Assembly: GCA_963845085.1 (NCBI GenBank)
Contig: CAWJQI010000004.1
Coordinates: 736,001 to 800,000 of the forward strand
Direction: 5' to 3'
DNA: 64,000 nucleotides
DNA from: Candidatus Fermentibacterota bacterium
Lineage (GTDB): Bacteria > Fermentibacterota > Fermentibacteria > Fermentibacterales > JCC-6
Within the stretch, counting starts at the first letter, position 1. Each line of letters starts with the position of its first letter. Of this stretch, positions 19,402 through 27,927 are shown one piece after another. The notes under the pieces were generated by a model that was given only the letters and a program-made list of their open reading frames with translations, did not search any database and was not told where the DNA came from. The position numbers were made by a program, and so were the translations under genes.

Positions 19402-20961
19402 CTACCTTACCAGAACCACCCTTGCTGATGCATCAATTCCATCACAGCAGAACCGAAAGAAGTAGACTCCCGAAGCAAGCTGCGAGCCCTGGGAATTGCA
19501 GCCATCCCAAAGCCAGGTAAACTGGCCTGCGGGATTGGATCCAAGTTCCTGTGATCTTACAAGGTGGCCGAAGATATCGTAAACCTCAAGAGTCACCTGT
19601 GACAGACCGGGGGATTGAAAGGAAATGGTTGCGCTGGATGTCATGGGATTAGGCAGAATGCTGAGTTCTTGGAAACCGTTCGGCAGTGGCGCCTCGTCAG
19701 GTGCGTCGACCTCCAGCTCATCGACCCACTTGGCGAAGTAAAGCGACACAATCCCATCTGCCAGAAAGAAGTGGTTTCCAACAGTGGTGAATACACCGCC
19801 CACATAGACATCTGGACCATCTGCCACAATTGCCCGTACAAACTGGCTCACGCCGCAGTCAAGATCCGACCAGGAGTCGCCATCCCAACGGGCGATGCGG
19901 TATGCTGGAACTCCCCCTGCAGTGGTGAAGAAGCCCCCCGCATACACATCGGTGCCGCTCACTTCAATGGAAAAGACTTTGTTGTTCACGCCATCTCCCA
20001 GTGCCGACCAGGAGTTGCCATCCCACCTGGCGATGTGGTTTGCGGAAACTCCGCCAGCTTGATGAAATTCCCCACCGGCGTAAATGTCCGATCCGTTCAC
20101 CGCGATGGCAAGGACCCTCATGTCTACACCACTTCCCAGTGCTGACCAGGAGCTGCCATCCCACCTGGCGATGTGGTTTGCGGAAACTCCGCCAGCTTGA
20201 TGAAATTCCCCACCGGCGTAAATGTCCGATCCGTTCACCGCGATGGCATGGACCCAATCGTCTACACCACTGCCCAAGGCCGACCAGGAAGTACCGTCCC
20301 AAAGGGCAATACAGTGCACAACAACGCCGCCCGCTTGCTCGAAGGATCCTCCCGCATACACATCCGAACCATTCACTGCAATGGTGGTCACAACGTAGCT
20401 GGTGCCACCACCAACACTCGACCAGGAGCTGCCATCCCACCTGGCGATGTGGTTCGCGCTAACCCCACCAGCTTGGTGGAACCAGCCTCCCGCATATACA
20501 TTCGAACCGCACACCGCGATGGCTGTGACATAATTGTCAATGCCACTTCCCAGTGCCGACCAGGAGATGCCATCCCACTTGGCGATGTTGCTTGCAGGCA
20601 TTCCACCCGCTTGTGTGAAGTATCCTCCCACAAACACATCCGAACCACTCACAGCTATCGCAAACAATTCGCCGTTCATACCCTGCCCCCCCGGAGGGTA
20701 ACCAAACCCGTCATACCAGTAACCCGTCGCGCTCTCTTGAAGTAATGGAATAGCATCAATTGTTTCTGATTCATCACCCACGAATACGGGTTCCCCTTCG
20801 GGTCCATAAGTCATGCGAAAACCAAAAGGACTGACACTGCCCGACAAACCGTCAATGAGAGTACCGTCAGGGGCAAGTACAGCAGCAAGTGAAGGATTCG
20901 AGTCGGCCGACGCCAAGGAAACAAGTATCAGAAGCGCGATCCAGAAAAAGAATGCCTTCAT
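19402..20961 (-). CDS. Secreted beta-propeller protein (46-aa repeats) with T9SS/FlgD-like CTD
   Basis: Signal peptide; ~7 repeats VYAGG.F..AGG..A..IA.WDG..WS.LG.G; CTD ILPNP...WDG...ASGVYF. Confidence 0.85.
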   Translation of the reverse strand: MKAFFFWIALLILVSLASADSNPSLAAVLAPDGTLIDGLSGSVSPFGFRMTYGPEGEPVFVGDESETIDAIPLLQESATGYWYDGFGYPPGGQGMNGELFAIAVSGSDVFVGGYFTQAGGMPASNIAKWDGISWSALGSGIDNYVTAIAVCGSNVYAGGWFHQAGGVSANHIARWDGSSWSSVGGGTSYVVTTIAVNGSDVYAGGSFEQAGGVVVHCIALWDGTSWSALGSGVDDWVHAIAVNGSDIYAGGEFHQAGGVSANHIARWDGSSWSALGSGVDMRVLAIAVNGSDIYAGGEFHQAGGVSANHIARWDGNSWSALGDGVNNKVFSIEVSGTDVYAGGFFTTAGGVPAYRIARWDGDSWSDLDCGVSQFVRAIVADGPDVYVGGVFTTVGNHFFLADGIVSLYFAKWVDELEVDAPDEAPLPNGFQELSILPNPMTSSATISFQSPGLSQVTLEVYDIFGHLVRSQELGSNPAGQFTWLWDGCNSQGSQLASGVYFFRFCCDGIDASARVVLVR

Positions 20962-21160
20962 GATCCCTCCTGATCCGACTAAAACGATTCAGATACCAGT
21001 ACCTGCTACTGCCAGAGACTAATCATCACAATAGCAAATCTAAACGGATAGTCAAGGAACGTCGTGGTTCTGACAGAATCACTACTAGCATTGGCAGATA
21101 GCAGTTAATTGCCTATGAGTACCTTTGAGTGGGTCTTGCCATATTTCTTGCATCGAATAC

Positions 21161-21212
21161 AAAAAAGCCGCCGGGGACTCTCCCGGCGGCCTCTATCCCA
21201 TCTGGCGGTCCG
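21161..21212. repeat. Direct repeat copy 3
   Basis: aaaaaagccgccggggactctcccggcggcctctatcccatctggcggtccg. Confidence 0.95.
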
Positions 21213-21415
21213 TGTTGGACGCTTTTCGAACGTATTCACAGCAACCATGTGACTTAGACGGCTTCATCGACGTACAGGTTTGTGTCACAGAGAACGAGCA
21301 TGACTCATCAGCACCCGTTTGTGTCATGCCATCTCTTGACAACTGAATCGCAAAGTATGTAACTTTACTTAGCAGGTTTATTCTCTCAAAGCATTGCCCT
21401 GAAGGGAGTGTTGTC

Positions 21416-24330
21416 GTGTCGAATCCTTCCCCTCACAGACTTGGTATTATCATCCTTAACGTGCTGATCCTGCTCACTCAGTCCCTTTTTGCAGCGGAAC
21501 CAGGGGAGAACACAATTCCCATCATCGGCATGCGGACATCCAACAACGAGTTCTTTTCGGGAATTGGGCTTCGCCTTCTCTGCGAGCTATCCTGGAAGCA
21601 CTTCGACGGCGTTGAGGTGGAGGGGCCGGTGGTTCCTTGGCCTATTGGTGAAAACTGGCAGATGAACCGCGATTTCATAGATCTCTGCGGTGACGCAGGC
21701 ATGCTTCTTGTTCTGGCCCCCTGGGAGGTTTGCCAGTTCTACAACTCTTGGAGCGACAGCACTGCTTACTGGTGCAGGTGGACCGAGGGTTCCACCCCAA
21801 TAACATCAGACAGTTGCTTCGTCAGAATTGCACCGAGATTTTAATTCAATGAACGGGATCAGGTCTGCAATGGTCATGGCAGATACCAGCGAAGTTTATT
21901 CCATTGCCGGTGTGAACAACCAGTTGGCGAGCACTGTGGATACTCTGTCCGCCCTGTGGTGCTACAACGTATACGACGAGGCTCCAGCGCGGCAGCGTAC
22001 CAGAATGATAGAAGGTTCCACGACGTGGGACGATTGGATCCCGAACCTCTTCACACAGGACACACTGAGCAACGGTGATCCTACCCTGACCGAGATAGAA
22101 CCCGCGGGCATCTACTCATGGCAGAAGCATCTTGCCGAGAACAACACCTACCGGGATGTTCCACTCACCATCAACTTCTCACTGCTGCACACCATCAATC
22201 CAGGCGAGTACACAGGCTTCAGCGGCATCAGCGGCGGCACCATGCACCAACAGGCCAATTCGGTCAGAGCGTTGTGCGGAGCATTGTTTCAGGGGCCTCC
22301 GTCCGGCGGAATTACACCGGCCCCTGTCGACAACTCCCCCGGGTTCATCTGCTTCGACTACTACCCGTTCCGTTACGTGGACATGGATTCCGTTGGAACA
22401 ACCCTCTGCGACGACGGCTGGCTCTTCCTTGTTGACCACTGCGAGGAGGGGATGGACTCAACGGTGTTCGCTGCGAGGGAGAGCGGGACCCCTGTGTTCT
22501 TCTACCCCCAGGCCTTCGGAGCTTCCGGAGGACCGCAGCTCCTGGACAGTCAGGGCAATCTGGACTACCATTCCTACAACTACCGCACTCCCGCTCCGCA
22601 GGAGTTCAGGATGCTGTGTCACCTGGCACTGCTACACCAGGCCAAAGGGCTGTTCCCGTACTCGCTGGCAAGCTACATATCGGACCCCGGTGATCCAGCC
22701 GATTCGGACAACTTCATCTGCAACTCGCTTCTCGATCTTCACGGCATACCCTTCGATGCCCCCTACGAGGAGTGGGTGTACACCGGAAGATGGCCGGATA
22801 CGGGTGGCTGGGAAGACGGGTACGAGTACGCCGACCCCGGGGAGCTTCCCCCTTCAGCGCGGGATTCGACCCTCTCTACGAGGTATCGGCAGCACCGGTT
22901 CCAGTGCAGGATGACCCGAAGAACACCGAGAGGTTTCTGACATGGTTCTTCGAGCCCTACTCGAGGCTTTACGACGGCGTTGAGGTTCCCCTTGCAGAAG
23001 CTGCCGTGATTGCACCCGAGATGTCGAACCTCTGGTGGTGGGACGGTTCCCAGGACGTTGCAGTGATGGTCCCCGTACATGACCCCGCGATTTACGACAA
23101 CTACGTTCCCCCCGTGATAAAGGTGTTCCTGGGGCCTGACAGCAGCCACGTCTACATCTACTGCGTGAACCGTTACCTCCGGGATGCCGAGACGGATTAC
23201 ACCGTCTCGATCGTTAAATCCCTGAGTCCCGGCTTTGTATCCGCGACGGTTCTTGACCACAGCAGGCGTTTTCTGATACCGGCTCCGCCGGGGGGCGGGG
23301 CCAACAATGTGTTCTATGCATTCACCGACACTCTGGAAGCCGGTGAGGGCAGGCTGCTGGAGTTTGTCGACTCAAGCATTCCGGCAGACCTCCGGGTGAC
23401 ATCACCGGACGTGTACGCAATCAGGGAAGGCTCTCTGGAGAGGACGAACCGGCTGGTCTGCACAGCGGGTGAAACACTGACCCTCGGAGCCGTGTACTAC
23501 AACATGGGTACTGCAGCCACCGGTAACATCGCAGTTGATCTTCTAAAAGGAGGGTACGCCGTTATATACTGGGCACCGACACAATACGTCTTGGCGGGCT
23601 GTCGGGGTGCTACAGCCCCGACAGCGTGTCTGCGGAGATAGATTGGGAGACCGACATAGACGATGTGGGCGTTCACAGGATAGAGATAAGCGCTGGAAGC
23701 GTGTCAGGTGAGAACACTTCCGACAACTCCGTCACCGTAGCCGTTCTGGTGGAGCCTGCGGACTACTCGTCAGAGGTTCTCGGGAACGCCTGGGACATGA
23801 CGGAGGCGTTGAGCAGCCCGCCGGTCTGGTACACGTCGGACATCGAATCGGTCTCTTCGGGCTGGGACTCCACGGCCTGGACCGATTCCATCAGCGGCAT
23901 GTTCGAGGGGGAACTGAGTGTTCCCGCCCCCGGGCAGCTCTTTGCGGGCGACATCCTTCTCAGTGAAGACAGCGATGAGCCCTTAGACGCGGACGAGTAC
24001 ACGATGCTGAGCCTTGCCGGGGTGTGCATGAATCCCAACATGACTGGCAGCAGTTTCGGTTGCGGCATGTTCCTGTTCTGGAGGGATTCCACGGAAACGG
24101 GGCACATACTTGAGCTTCACGGGAGCAACGGCTTCGGTCGTGGGCTTGGCAACGGCCGTGAGATGTGGAGAGAGTTCGGACCTTTGGACCTGAGCGGAGT
24201 CTCCGGCTGGAACGGCGAGGTTCACGATGTGGGGATAAGGTTCCAGATGGATCCGCCGGGCCAGGGCGTCGTACCCGCTCCCCTGTCCATACGGCTGGGC
24301 TGGATACAGCTGGAGAGGGGGGCGTTGTGA
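21416..24330 (+). CDS. Large secreted protein with CARDB-like domain, split by about three frameshifts
   Basis: Signal peptide in 21416 ORF; overlapping protein-like ORFs 21828, 22772, 23626; YYNMGT...WET...G.H.IEI..DNS. Confidence 0.55.
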
Positions 24331-26186
24331 AGGCTCTTGTTCTGCTGCCCTGCTTTCTGTTGCCGGCGTTTCTCTACTCGGGTGAGTCCATTCAGACCAA
24401 CTGGTCTTCAGGTCCTGGAGTAACCGGTCCCGTCACCGATTGGAGCGACTCCTTCGACCTCCACCAGTACATGGACTACGAGGGCACGACGGGAGAGCTG
24501 TACCTGAATCTGAGGGGCGATAAGTATCAGGTTGCCGACCTGGGGGGATATATATGTCCGGGAGTGGTGGCTGACATCAACGGTGATGGTCATCTGGACA
24601 TAGTCTGTGGAACCCAGGGGCTCGGTTACAATTTCAACAAGGCCTACTGGTTCGAGAACGATGGTGCAGGCGGAGGCTGGGAAAGGCATGCGATAAGCAA
24701 TTCAGGGGAGACTTTTATACTTCGATCCGTCTGCGCCGTGGATGTTGACAATGATGGTGACCTGGACGTGGTCGGAGGCGAGGGATCCACTAACTACGAC
24801 AGAAAAATCTATCTCTGGACCAATACCGACGGAACGGGGTTGAACTGGGAGACGAGCATCATCGATGACAATCTTCTCACGGCTCCGATTCGAGTCATAC
24901 CCACGGACATTGATGGAGACGGGAACCAGGACATTCTTGTTCAGAGAGCTGGACCGGATGGGCATCTCGTATGGTATGAGAATCCTGAATCTGTCAGGTT
25001 GGAACCCTTTGATGGATGGACAGAGCACTTCATCGGCTACAAGAGCCCTCAGGACCTTTGTGCCGCAGACATCAACGGCGATGGTTGGATGGATGTGGTC
25101 AGTGCAGCGAACAACAGTCAACCCGGGTACAAGAAGATTTCTTTCTGGGAGAACTTGGACGGAACCGGAGACAATTGGGTGGAGAACTCCATATGCAGCA
25201 GCACTCTTTGGGAGCCATACGCAGTCTGCGCGGCCGATGTCGACAATGATGGAGATCTGGATGTAACTGCCGCTGATTGGACCGAGTGGGTTTCTTGGTT
25301 CGAAAACACTGACGGAACCGGTCACTCATGGGTTGAGAGGCAGGTTGACAATCCTGTTGTATCCGGAACTTCGATAGTGGTGTTCGATGTGGACCTTGAT
25401 GGAGATGCCGACATAGTCGGGGCCTTTCCAACCCAATGTATGGCAGTATGGGAAAACATTGATGGCGCAGGCGGCAACTGGAGAAGGCATTTCGTTGAGT
25501 ATGGTCCCAATTACGTCGGGCTTTCAGTCGGGGACATTGATGGAGACGATACGCTGGATGTGGTGGGGTACGTTGATTCGGGAAGCAACATATCCTGGTA
25601 TCGTCTTGGCTACCCCTCCACTGGAACACTGACCTCCTCGATACTGGACGTGAACAATTACCCCCACTGGCAGGAAGTTCAGTGGCAGGACAGCGTTCCT
25701 GCCGGTTCTTCCCTGAGGTTCCGCGTTCGGAGTTCCAACGATCCCGAAGACATGGGGAGCTGGTCGGGTTACATTGAGGAGCCAGGGAGCCTGTCGGGGT
25801 ATGTTGACAGCACCCACCGTTACCTCCAGTACCGGGTTCACATGGAACCGGCCGGCCGGTTCGTTACCCCCACTCTCTATCAGGTGCTGTTCTACTGGGA
25901 GTGGCTTGGAGTGGAGGGGGCTGAAGGAGTGACACGTCTTCACCCCGTCACCCCCAATCCAAGTTCAGGTCCTGTGGAGATACGGTTCAATCTTGCGGAG
26001 CCGGGTCCCGTTGCGCTTCAGGTGTTCGACCTATGCGGCCGTTTGGTCGCCTTGCCGGTGGACGGCGAGGTGTCGGGCGGTGAACACTCGGTTCAGCTTG
26101 CTTCCATTCCTCCGGGAGCATACTTCGTCAGGATGACGACGGGAGAAGAAGTACTAAGGGAGCGCTTTGTTCTGGTGAGTAACTGA
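24327..26186 (+). CDS. FG-GAP/VCBS-repeat protein with T9SS CTD
   Basis: GTG start overlapping the upstream TGA; repeated D.D.DGD.D and W.EN.DG.G..W; CTD TPNP...VFDLCGR...GAYF. Confidence 0.88.
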   Translation: MKALVLLPCFLLPAFLYSGESIQTNWSSGPGVTGPVTDWSDSFDLHQYMDYEGTTGELYLNLRGDKYQVADLGGYICPGVVADINGDGHLDIVCGTQGLGYNFNKAYWFENDGAGGGWERHAISNSGETFILRSVCAVDVDNDGDLDVVGGEGSTNYDRKIYLWTNTDGTGLNWETSIIDDNLLTAPIRVIPTDIDGDGNQDILVQRAGPDGHLVWYENPESVRLEPFDGWTEHFIGYKSPQDLCAADINGDGWMDVVSAANNSQPGYKKISFWENLDGTGDNWVENSICSSTLWEPYAVCAADVDNDGDLDVTAADWTEWVSWFENTDGTGHSWVERQVDNPVVSGTSIVVFDVDLDGDADIVGAFPTQCMAVWENIDGAGGNWRRHFVEYGPNYVGLSVGDIDGDDTLDVVGYVDSGSNISWYRLGYPSTGTLTSSILDVNNYPHWQEVQWQDSVPAGSSLRFRVRSSNDPEDMGSWSGYIEEPGSLSGYVDSTHRYLQYRVHMEPAGRFVTPTLYQVLFYWEWLGVEGAEGVTRLHPVTPNPSSGPVEIRFNLAEPGPVALQVFDLCGRLVALPVDGEVSGGEHSVQLASIPPGAYFVRMTTGEEVLRERFVLVSN

Positions 26187-26211
26187 TCCTGTTTGTCCGC
26201 TGTCGAACCGC

Positions 26212-26265
26212 ATGAAAAAGCCGCCGGGGACTCTCCCGGCGGCCTCTATCCCATCTGGCGGTCCG
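26212..26265. repeat. Direct repeat copy 4 (native tRNA-Asp 3' end + terminator)
   Basis: Includes the last 10 nt of tRNA-Asp (CGGACCGCCA on minus). Confidence 0.95.
26215..26243 (-). terminator. Rho-independent terminator of tRNA-Asp
   Basis: GCCGCCGGG-AGAGTC-CCCGGCGGC stem followed by TTTTT on minus. Confidence 0.8.
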
Positions 26266-26332
26266 GACGAGACTCGAACTCGCAACTTCCGGCGTGACAG
26301 GCCGGTGCTCTAACCGATTGAACTACCGGACC
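26256..26332 (-). tRNA. tRNA-Asp(GTC)
   Basis: Cloverleaf: acceptor GGTCCGG/CCGGACC, anticodon arm CCGGC-CTGTCAC-GCCGG, GTTCGAG, encoded CCA. Confidence 0.97.
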
Positions 26333-26349
26333 GCGCAAATGGGAGTGGG

Positions 26350-26377
26350 AATATCTTCAAAAACCAGCTTCTGTCAA
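26350..26377 (-). promoter_or_regulatory. Putative sigma70 promoter of tRNA-Asp
   Basis: TTGACA-16 nt-GATATT on minus. Confidence 0.4.
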
Positions 26378-26478
26378 GTGCTAAGGCCCCCTGCGGGGTA
26401 TTGCCTTGGAACATGCTGTCGAATAGAATACTATTGGTTTCAGGAAAAGAAATTCTCTGTTTACTGACGGGAGTTAAA

Positions 26479-27078
26479 ATGAGAACATCGCTTATACTGC
26501 TCGCAATGCTTGGTCTTTCAGCCTTTGGTGCCGATGTGGAGATAGGATCGAGCCAGTTTCAGTACAACGCACCACTCTGCGCGAATTGAACTGAATCCTT
26601 GCGCTACCAGGTGGTAGTGCTGGGCAGCGAGATCGGTGATGCCATGACCATCAACTCCATTGCTTTCTACTGCATGTCAGGCGAAACCGTGACATTCAAC
26701 CAGTTCATCGTATACATGGGCGAGGCCTCGGGCAGCGTTCTTGGAAACAACTTCGAAGACAACTACTCCGGCAACAAGGTGACAGTTTACAACCACAACA
26801 ACGTCACCTTTACCCCGAGCGGCGAATGGGTCAACATCCCCCTCGACACTCCGTATTTTTACGACGGAACGGGCAACCTCATCATCGAGATCGGCTGGCC
26901 GGACGGGGTTGATGAGATTTACGCCGGCTGCTGGAGCACATCGGGCAACAGGATGTTGACCTCGTTTTTCGGAAGCCCCACGGGCGACCTTTTCGAGTTC
27001 TGCCCGAACCTTCTTTTTTCGGGAAGCATGAGCCTTGCACCCATGACCTTCGGCTCAATCAAGGCGAGTTTCCAGTAA
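26479..27078 (+). CDS. Putative secreted selenoprotein A (CxxU, Sec37), 199 aa
   Basis: Signal MRTSLILLAMLGLSAFG then PLCAN-UGA(26587-89)-TESLRYQ in frame with ORF 26599-27078; SECIS-like hairpin. Confidence 0.85.
26601..26620 (+). promoter_or_regulatory. SECIS-like hairpin A
   Basis: GCGCUACC-AGGU-GGUAGUGC, starting 11 nt after UGA. Confidence 0.8.
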
Positions 27079-27115
27079 GGGTTTTGTTCCGTTCGTTCTG
27101 ACGATGGGAGGGGCA

Positions 27116-27736
27116 TTGGGCAAATGGACTCTGGCGGTAATGGCTGTTGGTTTTTCAGCCATGGCTGCGGACATCGTCATAGGTTCAAGTGTTTATCCCA
27201 TGGACATTCCACTGTGCGGGCCTTGAAGACCCGCATTGCGCTACCAGGTGGTAGTGCTTGGAAGCGAAATCGCTGACGCAATGACGATAGAATCACTGAC
27301 ATTCAACGCTTCGGAGAGCACGGGAGATTACTCGAGTTTCCAGCAGTACTACGTTTACATGGGCCCCACTACCCTCAGCAGCCTGGGAACAGATTTCGAT
27401 GACAACTATTCCGGGCCGAGGATCAAGGTATTCGACCACTCCAACGTTACCCACTACAACATAGGCGGAGTTGTCACCATACCCCTCGATACACCGTACT
27501 TCTACAATGGCCAGGATAACTTCATCATCGAGATCAACTACTTCGGCGGCGACATCGAACCAAACTCAAGCGTGTACTCAATGTACTGCTCCGTGGATAC
27601 TGACCGGATGCTTCATGCCTACTCCTTCGATGCGACAACGGGAACGACCGAGCGAGCACTTCCACATCTGATGATGACCGGCACCATGGATCTTGATGCC
27701 TGCACATTTGGTGGAATCAAGGCAAGCTTTCAGTAG
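27116..27736 (+). CDS. Putative secreted selenoprotein B (CxxU, Sec37), 206 aa
   Basis: TTG after GGGAGGGG; MGKWTLAVMAVGFSAMAADIVIGSSVYPMDIPLCGP-UGA(27224-26)-RPALRYQ in frame with ORF 27236-27736. Confidence 0.85.
27238..27257 (+). promoter_or_regulatory. SECIS-like hairpin B
   Basis: Identical to hairpin A, also 11 nt after UGA. Confidence 0.8.
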
Positions 27737-27927
27737 CTCTGTGTAACCGGTGCGGGCAGCGTTCCTCTGATTCTCAGTGAGACCCAAAGGAATGCTGCCC
27801 TTTCTGTTTCTGTTTGGAGGAGACGCGGAATGGAATAGCTCTTCCTCGGATATGATAGTATCGTTGCACAGATGTTCGAAAACCTGACAGGCGATGTTTT
27901 GCATCACATCAAGGGGGTCGAGGCCTG

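Noticed and set aside
18858..19520. 220-aa ORF crossing repeat copy 2
   Set aside because: Overlaps two real genes in antisense and spans the att/terminator; no recognisable domain
8463..26265. Four repeats as a CRISPR array
   Set aside because: Spacing is kilobases, the repeat derives from the tRNA end and terminator, and there are no cas genes
26401..26589. Stand-alone 62-aa ORF and TTG-started ORFs at 26599 and 27236
   Set aside because: Better explained as fragments of UGA read-through genes; the TTG starts lack an RBS and a signal peptide
26587..27226. Genome-wide UGA reassignment (code 4/25) or chance nonsense mutations
   Set aside because: TGA terminates many conserved genes here (e.g. 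trkH, buk, iorA). Two independent nonsense changes at the same codon with the same hairpin are implausible.
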